NCBI GenBank assembly: GCA_963755025.1
Contig: CAVWIH010000012.1
Span: 1-64,000, forward strand
Length of the DNA: 64,000 nucleotides
Direction of reading: 5' to 3'
From: an uncultured Actinomycetes bacterium
Lineage (GTDB): Bacteria; Actinomycetota; Thermoleophilia; UBA2241
Below, piece by piece: positions 48,724 through 60,781 of the stretch. The notes below the pieces were generated by a model. The model did no database searches and was not told the DNA's origin. It saw nothing but the letters and a program-made list of their open reading frames with translations. The translations under genes and the position numbers were made by a program. Positions within the stretch are counted from its first letter, which is position 1; the number at the start of each line of letters is the position of its first letter.

Positions 48724-49629
48724 CTATTTCACCGAACCGGCCAGCAGGCCCTGGGCGAAATAGCGCTGGAAGGAGAAGAACACGGCCAGCGGCACGATCA
48801 GCGACAGGAACGAGGCCGGCGCGATGATGTTGATGTTCGAGCCGAACTCCCGCAGCTGCGTGAAGATCGCCACCGTGATGGGCTGCGTGGTGCGCCCGAA
48901 CGTGAGCGCCACGAGCAGGTCGTTCCAGACCCAAAGGAACTGGAAGATGGCGAGCGACGCGAGGGCCGGCAGGCCGAGCGGCAGGACGACCCGCAGGAAG
49001 ATGCGCCACTCCGAGGCCCCGTCGATGCGAGCCGCCTCCATGAGCTCTTTCGGTATCCCGATGAAGTAATTGCGCAACAGGAACACGGCGAACGGCAAGC
49101 CGAAGGCGGTGTGGAACAGCACGATGCCGATGACCGTGTCGAACAGGCCCGCGTGATTGTAGAGCGTGAAGACCGGGATCAACGCCATCTGGTAGGGCAC
49201 GACGATCGACGCGACCACGCCGATGAAGATCCAGTCACGCCCCGGGAAATCGAGCCAGGCGAACGCATAGGCGGCAAGAGCCCCGACGAAGAGGGGCAGC
49301 AACGTGCCGCCGACCGCGATCTCGAACGTCGTGAGAAGCGCGCCCGTGATGGCGTGGTCGGAGAGCACCGTACGGTAGTTCTCGATGGACAGCAGGCTGG
49401 GGTGGGCGAATGCCCGCCACCAGCCGGTCGAGCTGATCTGCGATGGCACGATCAATGAGGTCACGAGCAGCCCAAGGGTCGGGACCAGCCACAGGATACC
49501 GATCGCCGCGAGCAGCACGTTGAGCGGCGCATGCGCGAGCGCCCGGCTCAGCCGGTGCACCATACTCTCGCGCGCCGTGGCGGTGGCCGGCGCGATCGGG
49601 CGACCGACGGGATGGGCGACGGTGGCCAT
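48724..49629 (-). CDS. Carbohydrate ABC transporter permease (MalG/AglG-like)
   Basis: AAYAFAW..FPGR, HTAFGLPFA.FLLRNYF..IP.EL.EAARIDGAS, FQFLWVWNDLL. Confidence 0.93.
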   Translation of the reverse strand: MATVAHPVGRPIAPATATARESMVHRLSRALAHAPLNVLLAAIGILWLVPTLGLLVTSLIVPSQISSTGWWRAFAHPSLLSIENYRTVLSDHAITGALLTTFEIAVGGTLLPLFVGALAAYAFAWLDFPGRDWIFIGVVASIVVPYQMALIPVFTLYNHAGLFDTVIGIVLFHTAFGLPFAVFLLRNYFIGIPKELMEAARIDGASEWRIFLRVVLPLGLPALASLAIFQFLWVWNDLLVALTFGRTTQPITVAIFTQLREFGSNINIIAPASFLSLIVPLAVFFSFQRYFAQGLLAGSVK

Positions 49630-50978
49630 CAGACCTCCCTTCTGAAGCGCCGCACGTTGAGCAGCAGCACCGGGATGACGAGGATGAACAGGAACACGGC
49701 GATCGCCGACCCGAGGCCGAAGTTGTTGACGCCGCCGAACGCCGTGCGCCACATGGCGAGCGCCACGACGTTGGCCGCCGCCTGCGAGGAACCAGGGGCG
49801 ATCGACAGGATGATGTCGAAGATCTTCAGCACGTAGATGATCATGGTGATGAAGACCACAGACAGCACCGGCGCGAGCAGCGGCGCCGTGACGCGCCGGA
49901 AGACCTGCCACTCACTGGCGCCGTCGGTGCGCGCCGCCTCGAGCACGTCGCGCGGAATGGCGGCCAGGCCGGCGCCGATGATGACCATGGCGAAGCCGGC
50001 CCAGATCCAGATGTAGGCGATGATCATGGCCGGCGTGATGAGTTGCGTGCCGAGCCAGCTCACCCCACTGAAGGGCAGCGCGAACGTGGCCGCTCCCACA
50101 CCGACCCGGTAGCTGCCGGGTGAGACCCCGGAGAACAGGAATGTGCCGTTCGCACTACTCGTGGTGCGCGCGACGACGTTGCCGCTGGGCGCCTTGAGCT
50201 CGAGCGTCACGCCGGGCAGGCCGAGCTCGCCCCGGTCCACCTTGCCCGGGGTGCCGCCGCCCGGCTTGAAGTCGCGCCAGACCACCCCGCTGATGGCGCC
50301 GGCGCGCGCTGCCGGCACGACCGCCTGGACCGCGTGCTTGGGAATGTCCTGCTGGGCGATGGCCGTAAGGCCAAGCATCGCCACCCCGCCGGGGCGCAGG
50401 GGCTGCCGTAGGGTGAAGCCCGCCGAGGTCGACCCTGTGAGGGCGTTGGTCGAGGGCGCCGCGCCCGACAGCGGTCCGGGCGGGCTGAAGATGTCCTTGA
50501 CTCCGGCGACTGCGGCGTTGACCGCACCCTGCGACGGGTCCTGAATGTACATGATGTGCCAGATCACGCCGGCCGCGAACAGCGAGATCGCCATCGGCAT
50601 GAAGACGGCCGTCTTGAAGGCGACCGACCAGCGGATGCGCTCAGTGAGCACGGCGAACACGAGTCCGATGGCGGTCACCGCTGCGGGGGCGACCGCCACC
50701 CACACCGCGTTGTTCTTGATCGCGGTGAGCAGCGTGCTCGTCGTGAACAGCGTCTTGTAGTTGCTGAGACCGATGAAATGGGAGCCGGACTGATCGAACA
50801 GGCTGCGAATGACCGTGTAGATGGTCGGATAGATCAGGAACAGACCGAAGAAGAAGGCGGCCGGGGCGAGGAAGCCGAGCACGACGGCGTAGCGCCGCCA
50901 GAACGACCCCTCGTGCGGGGACTGAGGCGGCGCCCCCCGCTGGGGGGGCGTCGCCTCTACGGGTGCTGAGACAGCCAT
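49629..50978 (-). CDS. Carbohydrate ABC transporter permease (MalF/AglF-like) with inserted extracellular beta-sandwich
   Basis: FMPMAIS..AAGVIW; EAARTDGASEWQVFRR; loop ISGVVWRDF...VD.GE.GLPGVTLEL....G..VA.TTS..NG.F.F.GV.PGSY.V. Confidence 0.92.
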   Translation of the reverse strand: MAVSAPVEATPPQRGAPPQSPHEGSFWRRYAVVLGFLAPAAFFFGLFLIYPTIYTVIRSLFDQSGSHFIGLSNYKTLFTTSTLLTAIKNNAVWVAVAPAAVTAIGLVFAVLTERIRWSVAFKTAVFMPMAISLFAAGVIWHIMYIQDPSQGAVNAAVAGVKDIFSPPGPLSGAAPSTNALTGSTSAGFTLRQPLRPGGVAMLGLTAIAQQDIPKHAVQAVVPAARAGAISGVVWRDFKPGGGTPGKVDRGELGLPGVTLELKAPSGNVVARTTSSANGTFLFSGVSPGSYRVGVGAATFALPFSGVSWLGTQLITPAMIIAYIWIWAGFAMVIIGAGLAAIPRDVLEAARTDGASEWQVFRRVTAPLLAPVLSVVFITMIIYVLKIFDIILSIAPGSSQAAANVVALAMWRTAFGGVNNFGLGSAIAVFLFILVIPVLLLNVRRFRREV

Positions 50979-51008
50979 GGTCTACTCCACCTCAGGTGAG
51001 CGCACGGC

Positions 51009-52363
51009 TCACTTCTTGTAGGCCGCGGTCGCGGCCGACTGGAGCGCCTTCTCGGTGCCCGTGATGTTGCTCGGGTTCTTCAGGAAGTTGGTGAAGATCT
51101 GCCATTCGCCCTGACCGGTGGTCGAGCCGAACGCCGCCGGCTGCTGGTCGGACATGTCGTACACGACGACCGGCGCGTTCTCGAGGGCGACCGCCGCGCG
51201 GCGGCCGATCGGATCGGTGTACACGCTGGCCGGCACGTTCTTGTTGGCGGAAGAGAAGCCGCCCTGGCGAGCCCAGATCTCAGCCGCCGGCGCCGTCGCC
51301 AGGTAGCTCACGAACGCCTGTGCGGCGGGGCTGCTCTTGAACATCGTGACGATGTCGCCCCCGGCCTCCACATAGTTGCCGCCCACGCCGTTGATCGACG
51401 GGAACGGGAAGTAGTTGAAGCCGGTCGTGGGCGCGGCCTTGGTGGAGCTCGTGATCACGCTCTCCACGAAGTCGGCCTCGAAGACCATCGCGGCCTTGGG
51501 CGGATTGGTGAAGACGTTGGTCACCGACGTCGGAAAGTCGGTGGTCGCCGCGCCGCCGTTGCCGCCGTAGATGTAGCTCGAGTTGCCGTAGATTTGCTGC
51601 ATGTCCTTGAGCGCGGTCGTGACCGACGGGTCGGTCCACGGGATCTGATGGTTGGTCAGCTTGTTGTACATGGCGGGACCCGCGGTGCGCAGGTAGATGT
51701 TCTCGAACAGGTCGGTGATCGGCCAGCCGACGTCGGCGCCCACCGAGTAGGGAGTCACACCCGAGGCCTTCAGCGTCTTGGCGTCGGCCAGCAGTTGAGT
51801 CCAGGTGGTGGGCGGCGTGATGCCGGCGTTCTTGAAGGCCGGCACGTTGTACCAGACGGTCGACTTGTTGGCGGCCTTGAAGAGCACGCCATAGAGGTGC
51901 CCGTTGACGGTGCCGATGTTGGTGACGGTCGGCGAGAAGTTCGCGTCGATGACGTTCTTGGCGAAGTCGAGAGGCTTCAGCGCGCCGCTCGCCACGAACT
52001 GCTTCATCAGGCCGGGCTGCGGCAGCGCCGCGAGGTCGGGCGGGTGACCACCGGCCACCTGGGTCGCCAGGATCTGCGGCAGGTTGTTGCCGTCCGAGGT
52101 GAACGTGACCTTGATGTGCGGGTAGATCTGATTGAACCCGGCGATGACCTTCTGGAAGGCGGTCTGCTCCTGGCCGCTCCAGACGGCCGTCATCGACAGG
52201 CTGCCGCTCGTGCTCGTGGGCACCGTGCTAAACGACGCAGCGGCGTTTGGGCTGGGCGTGGTGGCCGCGTTGCTCTTGCTGCCACAGCCCGCGACGACGG
52301 CTACCAGGGCGGCGAGCAGGACCGCCAGAAGAAGCAGCCCCCTGCGGTGAAGTCGATAGGTGC

Positions 52364-52367
<4 letters not shown>
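51009..52367 (-). CDS. Sugar ABC substrate-binding lipoprotein (AglE-like)
   Basis: Lipobox VVAGC; WSG.EQ..F; PPDLA.LPQPG; KAANKSTVWYN; GWP.TD.FENIYLRTAG. Confidence 0.92.
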
Positions 52368-53596
<1,229 letters not shown>

Positions 53597-53643
53597 CGCG
53601 CACGCACCTCCTTTCGTCCGGCGGCGCCGATTCGCGACTTGCC

Positions 53644-53657
53644 GAGAATCGTTCCAA
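53644..53657. promoter_or_regulatory. Possible LacI-family operator upstream of the sugar ABC operon
   Basis: gagaatcgttccaa, a CG-centred imperfect palindrome in an AT-richer promoter region; no cognate regulator in the window. Confidence 0.4.
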
Positions 53658-53882
53658 CCCATCAGTTTCCCGGGTCCGTGAGTTTTCACCGTATTGATAG
53701 GGTTTTTCTCGAGGCGGCGTCCACGGGGGCCGACGGTCGTGACGGTGACTGGGCGCGCCAGGGCGCGAGGGGTCGGCGAGGGCGGGCGCTCGGCTGCGAA
53801 GGGCGAGCAGGCGCCGCGCGCGCGAGGGGCCGAGCGAAGGGCGGCGGAGCGAACGGCGGCGTTGGAGGGTGGGCGAAGGGGT

Positions 53883-55043
53883 CTAGGTAGCGGCGCCTTG
53901 CCGGTCGGCGAGCGCGACGCGGTTGCGACCGGCCTGCTTGGCGCGGTAGAGAGCCCTGTCGGCGGCCTCGATCAGGCTCTCGAGCGAGCCGGCGCCGTCG
54001 GTGAGGCTGGCGACGCCGATGCTCACGGTCACGATCGGCAGCGACTCGCGAGAGCCGAAGTGCTCGCCTTCGATGCCGTGCCGGATGCGCTCGGCGGCGG
54101 CCACGGCCGCGTCGCCGCCGTCGTGCTCGTGCAACGCCACGGCGGCGTCGCCGGCGGGGCGCTCGGCGACGGCGAGCCGCTGCTGCTCGATGGCGTCACG
54201 CAGCCGCTCGCCGGCGGAACCCGCACCCTGACCGCCGGTGCTCGGCAGGATGACGGCGAACTCGTCGCCGCCGTAGCGCGCCACGATGTCGATGTCGGTG
54301 CGCGTCTGCTCGATGAGCAGCGCGCCGAGGGCGCGCAGCAGGGCGTCGCCCGCCGGGTGGCCGTAGCGGTCGTTGTAGTCCTTGAAGCCGTCGATGTCGA
54401 TGAGCAGCAGCGACAGCGCCAGGTCGTAGCGGTTGGCGCGCGCGACCTCGGCCGCGAGGCGCTCGTGGAAGTGGCGGTGGTTGAAGAGCGCCGTGACGCC
54501 GTCGGTGATGGCGAGGGCTTCGAGCTCGCCATAGAGGCGGGCGTTCTGGATGGCGACCGCGGCCAGCGCCGCCAGGGTGGTGGCGAGCTGCCGGTCGCGT
54601 TCCGAGAACAGGCGCGTGTGGCGCTTCTCGATCAGCTGCAGGCAGCCGATCACCTCGCCCTTGAAGATCAGCGGCACGAGCAGGCAACTGCGCTCGCCCC
54701 AAGCCTCCATGCGGGTCCGGTCGGCCGCCGGCAGGCCGGGATCGGCGAGGTAGGCGGCCAGCAGGCGTCCTTCGTGCAGCACGCGGCGAAACGTTGGGTG
54801 CTCGGTCAGCCTGAGCCGGCCGCCGACCCAGTCCTCATCGCCGGGCTCGGGCTCGAGCGCCCATACCGCGAGACAGGCGGCCTCTTCCTGGGGGGAGACC
54901 CACCCGTAGATGTCGCACTCCCAGAGCTCGAGGACCTCGCAGGTGCGGTGGGCGATGCTGGCCAGCACCTCGTCGAGCACCAGGCTCGAGGTGATGGCCG
55001 AGACGATCTCGGCGGTGACGGTGAGGCGGGACGACTTTGCCAC
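53883..55043 (-). CDS. GAF-GGDEF diguanylate cyclase
   Basis: LLVPL..KGEVIG.L; AVAIQNARLY; TDGVT.L.N.R; DIDGFKDYNDRYGHPAGD; ARYGGDEF; ADRALYRAKQAGRNRV. Confidence 0.93.
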   Translation of the reverse strand: MAKSSRLTVTAEIVSAITSSLVLDEVLASIAHRTCEVLELWECDIYGWVSPQEEAACLAVWALEPEPGDEDWVGGRLRLTEHPTFRRVLHEGRLLAAYLADPGLPAADRTRMEAWGERSCLLVPLIFKGEVIGCLQLIEKRHTRLFSERDRQLATTLAALAAVAIQNARLYGELEALAITDGVTALFNHRHFHERLAAEVARANRYDLALSLLLIDIDGFKDYNDRYGHPAGDALLRALGALLIEQTRTDIDIVARYGGDEFAVILPSTGGQGAGSAGERLRDAIEQQRLAVAERPAGDAAVALHEHDGGDAAVAAAERIRHGIEGEHFGSRESLPIVTVSIGVASLTDGAGSLESLIEAADRALYRAKQAGRNRVALADRQGAAT

Positions 55044-55306
55044 GGCGCTTCAGTCCACCCCCGCAGCGCACCGTCGGCGGCGCTGCCGGGTGGGTGCGAC
55101 CGCGCAGGCGCGCGCTGCGCGCTGCGATCCGCCGCCTCTGCCCTGCCTGCCGGTCATGGTCCCCCCTTGTCGAGCGCCCCGGGCCCTCGCGTCCGAGGAA
55201 TCCCGCACACCGCCGGGCCGGCGCCGCACACGGCGCGGCCCGCGAGCGGTCCGCTTGCCACGGACCGTGCGCGCCGTTCGTGGCGAGCCGGCACCCCCAC
55301 AGAGTG

Positions 55307-55334
55307 GTATCGGTCGAGCAGCCGCCGACCTGAA
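55307..55334 (-). promoter_or_regulatory. Sigma-28/WhiG-like promoter upstream of the diguanylate cyclase
   Basis: Minus strand TTCA-N16-ACCGATAC in the cvpA-GGDEF intergenic region. Confidence 0.45.
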
Positions 55335-55455
55335 CGAGCGGCCGTCGTCGTGTCCCGGGATTCTAGCGCAGATGGGCAAGGTCTGGGCGCTGACGCCCCA
55401 CCCGTCGCCACGACTGCGCAGACGTGCGACCCGGGAACGGCCCAGAGGGTCCGCC

Positions 55456-55965
55456 TCAGACGGATCCCTGCCCGAGGTGCGAGAGGCGGGTGCGCAGGTC
55501 GTGCTGCCAGCGCGGGGTCAGCGAGCGCATGAGGTGCACCGTCTCGGAGCGGCGCACCGTGCTCGAAAAGGGCGGCAGCGGCGACGGCAGCGCCACCAGG
55601 GCCGCGGTCACGAGCCACACGGTGACGGCCGCCAGCAGCGCGCCGCAGACCAGGCCGCCCAGTCGGTCGAGACCACCCAGCAGCGGGACGTGCCTGAGGG
55701 CGCCGCTGAGGCGGCCGGCGAGCCAGCCGGCGACGACCTCGACGACGACCACGATGACGACGAAGGCCAGCACGCGCTGCGTGGCGGGGGCGAAACCGTG
55801 TACCCGGGCGATCCAGCCTCCGACGACGCGATCGAAGCGCAGGGCGAGCCACAGGCCGACGCCCAGGGCGGCCCAGGTCAGGAGCGTAGCCACCAGCCCC
55901 ACGCGAAAGCCGCGGAAGGCGAGCAGGGCCATGACGGCGATCACGCCCAGGTCGTAAGCGGTCAT
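55456..55965 (-). CDS. cvpA: CvpA-family membrane protein
   Basis: D..VI.V..L.AFRGFR.GL...L; [12 protein letters not shown]; 4 TM segments. Alternative start at 56016. Confidence 0.85.
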   Translation of the reverse strand: MTAYDLGVIAVMALLAFRGFRVGLVATLLTWAALGVGLWLALRFDRVVGGWIARVHGFAPATQRVLAFVVIVVVVEVVAGWLAGRLSGALRHVPLLGGLDRLGGLVCGALLAAVTVWLVTAALVALPSPLPPFSSTVRRSETVHLMRSLTPRWQHDLRTRLSHLGQGSV

Positions 55966-56012
55966 GTGGACTGTGGGGAGGACTGCCGTGGCTGCCGCAT
56001 CGTCGCCGCCTT

Positions 56013-56040
56013 TCATGTGTGACTCACGCTGCGCCGATAG
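56013..56040 (+). promoter_or_regulatory. Sigma-28/WhiG-like promoter upstream of the SGNH protein
   Basis: TCAT-N16-GCCGATAG, about 90 nt upstream of the GTG at 56128. Confidence 0.5.
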
Positions 56041-56127
56041 AGAGCCTACCGCTTTTCGGGCGGCGCGCGCAGGGGCGCGCCACGACGGCGGCGCCACACG
56101 GCGCGGCCCGCAGGCAAGGAGGACGAT

Positions 56128-56871
56128 GTGACCAACGGGCGTCGAGTGACCGGCGCGGCGCTGCGCGCCGCGCCGCGCGCGGTCGTGGCGTGCCTCGCGC
56201 TCGTGGCGCTCGTCGCGCTGTGCGGCGCCTGCGGCAGCCGGCCGGCGACCCGCGTGCTGTTCATCGGCAACAGCTTCACGTCGTACAACGGCGGGCTCGA
56301 CACACTGCTCGCCGGGCTTGCGCCCACGTGCACGACGGCGAGCTTCGACCAGGGCGGCTTCACGCTCGAAGAGCACTGGAACGACGCCGCCGAGCTGCAC
56401 AGCATCGCCACCGGCCACTGGGACTACGTGGTCCTGCAGGACCAGAGCCAGAGCCCGGTGGTGAACGTCGCCGAGTTTCGCCGTTACACGCTGCTCTTCG
56501 ACCACGCGATCGCCAGGAGCGGCGCCAAGACCGTGCTGCTCATGACCTGGAACCGCCCCGACAGCGCCGCCGAAGGCGTCACCACCGCGAACCTCTCGGC
56601 CGCGTATCGCGCGGCCGGCGCCGCCCTGGGCGCCAGGGTCGCTCCGGCCGGCGAGGCGTTCGCCAACGCCCTGCTCGAACGCCCCGACATCGTGCTCAAC
56701 AACGCCGACGGGCACCCGACGGCCCTCGGGTCGTACCTCGCGGCCTGCGTCGTCTACCAGACGATCTTCGGCCGCAGCACCGTCGGCATCACCTATTCCG
56801 GTCCGGTCGGCTCCGCCGAGCAGCGCACGTTCCTGCAGAAGGTCGCCGCCGAAAGCCTCGTCAAGCCCTGA
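56128..56871 (+). CDS. Exported SGNH/GDSL-like hydrolase (DUF4886-like), probable lipoprotein
   Basis: AAGGAGG RBS; hydrophobic signal ending GAC; [10 protein letters not shown]; [10 protein letters not shown]; [14 protein letters not shown]. Confidence 0.85.
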   Translation: MTNGRRVTGAALRAAPRAVVACLALVALVALCGACGSRPATRVLFIGNSFTSYNGGLDTLLAGLAPTCTTASFDQGGFTLEEHWNDAAELHSIATGHWDYVVLQDQSQSPVVNVAEFRRYTLLFDHAIARSGAKTVLLMTWNRPDSAAEGVTTANLSAAYRAAGAALGARVAPAGEAFANALLERPDIVLNNADGHPTALGSYLAACVVYQTIFGRSTVGITYSGPVGSAEQRTFLQKVAAESLVKP

Positions 56872-57149
56872 CGACGGCGAGCCGCCGGCCGGAGAGCCTG
56901 CGGCGCGACCGGACGCGCGCGCACGGCCGCCGGACGACGCATGACGAGGCCGCGTCCGAGGAAGAAGACGAAGGCAGAACGACAGCGACTCGGCGCCGCC
57001 CACGAGCATGGCGGTGGCGCCTCTCCCACGACCGTATCGGCGCGTTGCGCTCCAACGAGCAAGAACGGGCGCCGCCCGCGGCGGCGCCGGGCACGAGCGG
57101 CACGCCCGGAGGCCCGCGAGGCCGGCGACCACGACACGAGAGGACGCTG

Positions 57150-59543
57150 GTGGACCCAGACCGTGACACGCAGACCACGCCGTCGGCGGCCGCCCGCCTG
57201 AGTGCGGACGAGCTCGCCGGCATCGACGCCTACTGGCGGGCGGCCAACTACCTGTCGGTCGGCCAGATCTACCTGCTCGCCAACCCGCTGCTGCGCGAGC
57301 CGCTGCGGCCCGAGCACATAAAGCCCCGCCTGCTCGGGCACTGGGGCACCTCGCCCGGGCTCAGCTTCATCTACGTCCATCTCAACCGCGTGATCCGCAA
57401 CTGGGACCTGGACGCCATCTACATCTGCGGCCCCGGGCACGGCGGCCCGGCGATGGTCGCCAACGCCTACCTCGAGGGCACCTACTCCGAGGTCTATCCG
57501 AGCATCGCTCAAGACGCCGAGGGCATGCAGCGCCTCTTTCGCCAGTTCTCCTTTCCGGGCGGCATTCCCAGCCACGTCTCGCCCGAGACGCCCGGCTCCA
57601 TCCACGAGGGCGGCGAGCTCGGCTACTCGCTGGCGCACGCCTTCGGCGCCGCCTTCGACAATCCCGACCTGCTGGTCGCCTGCGTCGTCGGCGACGGCGA
57701 GGCCGAGACCGGCCCACTCGCGGCGAGCTGGCACTCCAACAAGTTCCTGGAGCCGGGGCGCGACGGCGCCGTGCTGCCCATCCTGCACTTGAACGGCTAC
57801 AAGATCGCGAGCCCCACGGTGCTCGGGCGCATGGCCGACGCCGAGCTCGAACAGCTCTTCCTGGGCTACGGCTACCACCCCTATTTCGTCGAGGGCAGCG
57901 AACCCGAGCCCACGCACCGGCGCATGGCCGAGGTCATGGACCAGGTGGTCGAGGAGATCCACGCCATCCAGCGCGGCGCCCGCGACGAGGGCAAAGCGGG
58001 CCGCCCGGCCTGGCCCATGATCGTGCTGCGCACGCCCAAGGGCTGGACCGGGCCCAAGGTCGTCGACGGCCGGCAGGTCGAGGGCACGCACCGCTCCCAC
58101 CAGGTGCCGCTCAGCGCGGTGCGCACCAATCCGGAGCACCTCGCGCAGCTCGAAGACTGGCTGCGCAGCTACCGCCCCGAGGAGCTGTTCGACGCGGACG
58201 GCGCGCTCGACCCCGAGCTGCGCCGCCTGGCGCCCAAGGCCCACCGCCGCATGAGCGCCAACCCGCACGCCAACGGCGGCCGCCTGCTGCGCGACCTCAC
58301 TCTGCCCGACTTTCGCGCCTACTCGGTCGACGTGCCGCGCCCCGGCGCGCCGGTCCTCGAGGTCACCAAGGTCGCCGGCGACTACCTGCGCGACGTGATC
58401 GACCAGAACCGGCGCAGCTTTCGCCTGTTCGGCCCCGACGAGACCGCCTCGAACCGCCTGCAGTCGGTCTTCGAGGTCACCGACCGCGTCTTCGAGGAGC
58501 CGATCCTGGCCACCGACGACCACCTCGCTCCCGACGGCCGCGTGCTCGAGGTCCTCTCCGAGCACCTCTGCCAGGGCTGGCTCGAAGGCTATCTGCTCAC
58601 CGGACGCCACGGCCTGTTCACGAGCTACGAGGCCTTCATCCACATCATCGACGCCATGTTCAACCAGCACGCCAAGTGGCTCAAAGCCAGCCGCGCGATC
58701 CCCTGGCGGCAGCCGATCGCCTCGCTCAACTACCTGCTCAGCTCGCACGTCTGGCGGCAGGACCACAACGGCTTCTCGCACCAGGACCCGGGCTTCATCG
58801 ACCACGTCGTCAACAAGAAGGCCGAGGTCATTCGCGTCTACCTGCCGCCCGACGCCAACACCCTGCTGAGCACGGTCGAGCACTGCCTGCGTTCGCACGA
58901 CTACGTCAACGTGATCGTGGTCGGCAAGCAGCCGCAGCCGCAGTGGCTCACCATGGGCCAGGCCCTGCTGCACTGCGCGCGCGGCATCGGCATCTGGGAG
59001 TGGGCCGGCACCGACGACGTCGGCGAACCCGACGTCGTGCTGGCCTGCTGCGGCGACGTACCCACGGTCGAGACCCTGGCCGCGGCCGCCATCTTGCGCC
59101 AGAACCTGCCCGACCTGAAGGTGCGCGTGGTCAACGTCGTCGACCTCATGCGCCTGCAGCCCGCGTCGGAGCACCCCCACGGACTGAGCGACCCCGAGTT
59201 CGACTCGCTGTTCACGCCCGACCGCCCGGTGATCTTCGCCTTTCACGGGTACCCCTGGCTGATCCACCGCCTCACCTACCGGCGCGCCAACCACGACCAC
59301 CTGCACGTGCGTGGCTACAAAGAAGAGGGCACCACGACCACGCCGTTCGACATGGTCATGCTCAACGACCTCGACCGCTTTCACCTGGTGATGGACGTCA
59401 TCGACCGCGTGCCCGGCCTCGCGGCCCGCGCCGGCCGGCTGCGCCAGTACATGGCCGACCGCCGCCTGCTGGCCCGCGGCTACACGCGCGACCACGGCGA
59501 AGACGATCCCGAGATCTCGGAGTGGACGTGGCCCGGTGACTGA
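57150..59543 (+). CDS. xfp: Xylulose-5-P/fructose-6-P phosphoketolase
   Basis: [75 protein letters not shown]. Confidence 0.97.
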   Translation: MDPDRDTQTTPSAAARLSADELAGIDAYWRAANYLSVGQIYLLANPLLREPLRPEHIKPRLLGHWGTSPGLSFIYVHLNRVIRNWDLDAIYICGPGHGGPAMVANAYLEGTYSEVYPSIAQDAEGMQRLFRQFSFPGGIPSHVSPETPGSIHEGGELGYSLAHAFGAAFDNPDLLVACVVGDGEAETGPLAASWHSNKFLEPGRDGAVLPILHLNGYKIASPTVLGRMADAELEQLFLGYGYHPYFVEGSEPEPTHRRMAEVMDQVVEEIHAIQRGARDEGKAGRPAWPMIVLRTPKGWTGPKVVDGRQVEGTHRSHQVPLSAVRTNPEHLAQLEDWLRSYRPEELFDADGALDPELRRLAPKAHRRMSANPHANGGRLLRDLTLPDFRAYSVDVPRPGAPVLEVTKVAGDYLRDVIDQNRRSFRLFGPDETASNRLQSVFEVTDRVFEEPILATDDHLAPDGRVLEVLSEHLCQGWLEGYLLTGRHGLFTSYEAFIHIIDAMFNQHAKWLKASRAIPWRQPIASLNYLLSSHVWRQDHNGFSHQDPGFIDHVVNKKAEVIRVYLPPDANTLLSTVEHCLRSHDYVNVIVVGKQPQPQWLTMGQALLHCARGIGIWEWAGTDDVGEPDVVLACCGDVPTVETLAAAAILRQNLPDLKVRVVNVVDLMRLQPASEHPHGLSDPEFDSLFTPDRPVIFAFHGYPWLIHRLTYRRANHDHLHVRGYKEEGTTTTPFDMVMLNDLDRFHLVMDVIDRVPGLAARAGRLRQYMADRRLLARGYTRDHGEDDPEISEWTWPGD

Positions 59544-60730
59544 GGCCCGCCGGGAGAGCGCGCCCGGCCTGCGCGTGCTGGTGGTCAATGCGGGGTCGAG
59601 CAGCCTCAAACTGAGGCTGCTCGACCCCGCCGACCAGCTCGCGGGCGCCGCCGACCTGCCGGCCCCGCGCGGCGTCGCCGACTCGGGAGAGGTGCGCGCC
59701 GCGGTCGACGGGCTGGGGGCGGTCGACGCCGTGGGGCACCGGGTCGTGCACGGCGGCACGCAGTTCCTCGGCCCGGTCCTGGTCTCGGGCGACGTGGTGC
59801 GCCGGCTCGAGGCGCTCAGCGACCTGGCGCCGCTCCACCAGCCCAAGTCGCTGGCGGCGCTCGCCGCGGTCAGCGCCGCGCTGCCCGGCGTGCCCGCGGT
59901 GGCCTGCTTCGACACCGCCTTCCACGCCCGCATACCGGCGGCGGCCGCCACGTACGCGCTGCCCCTGGAGTGGCGCAAGCGCTGGGACCTGCGCCGTTTC
60001 GGCTTTCACGGCCTCTCTCACAGCTACGTCGCGCGTCGCGTGGCGCAGTTGGCCGGCCCGCCGGCCGGCGGGCTGCGCCTGGTGAGCTGCCACCTGGGCG
60101 CCGGCGCCTCGCTGGCGGCCATCGACGACGGACGCTCGGTCGACACCACGATGGGCTTCACGCCGCTCGACGGCCTCGTCATGGCGACACGCTCGGGCAG
60201 CGTCGACCCCGGGCTCGTGCTCTGGCTCGAGGAGCACGTCGGCATGCCGCCCGCCGAGCTGGCCGCCGCCCTCGAGTACCGCGGCGGCCTGCTGGGGCTG
60301 TCGGGCCGCTCCGACATGCGCGCGCTGCTCGTCGCCGAGGGTGAGGGCGACCCCGACGCCGCCCTCGCCGTCGCGGTCTACCTGCACCGCCTGCGCGCCG
60401 CGGTGGCCGCCATGGCCGCCGCGATGGGCGGCATCGACGCGCTGTCCTTCACCGGCGGGGTGGGCGAGAACTCGGCGCCCATCCGGCGGCGCGCGGCGGA
60501 AGGCCTCGCTTTTCTGGGTGTCGCGGTCGACGAGAGCGGCGGCCGCCGGGACCGGGCGGGGCGCGGCCGCCGAGGCGGCCCGCGCCGTCGTCGCCGCGAG
60601 GGGCGCCGGCGAGGGCGACCGTGAGATCACGGCGCCCGGCGCGCGCGTACGCAGCTTCGTGGTGGCCGCCCGCGAGGACCTGCAGATCGCCGCCGAGGTG
60701 CGCGCCGTGCTGGACGCGCCGCCATCGTGA
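59536..60730 (+). CDS. ackA: Acetate/propionate kinase; frameshift near 60540
   Basis: [66 protein letters not shown]; tail [11 protein letters not shown] in another frame. Confidence 0.95.
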
Positions 60731-60781
60731 CGCGTGCGGCCCACTGGTGGGGCCCCGAGCGAGCCGACCGGACCGAGTCGC

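Noticed and set aside
55050-55052. In-frame TGA as selenocysteine
   Set aside because: No redox motif context and no evident SECIS; the upstream peptide looks low-complexity.
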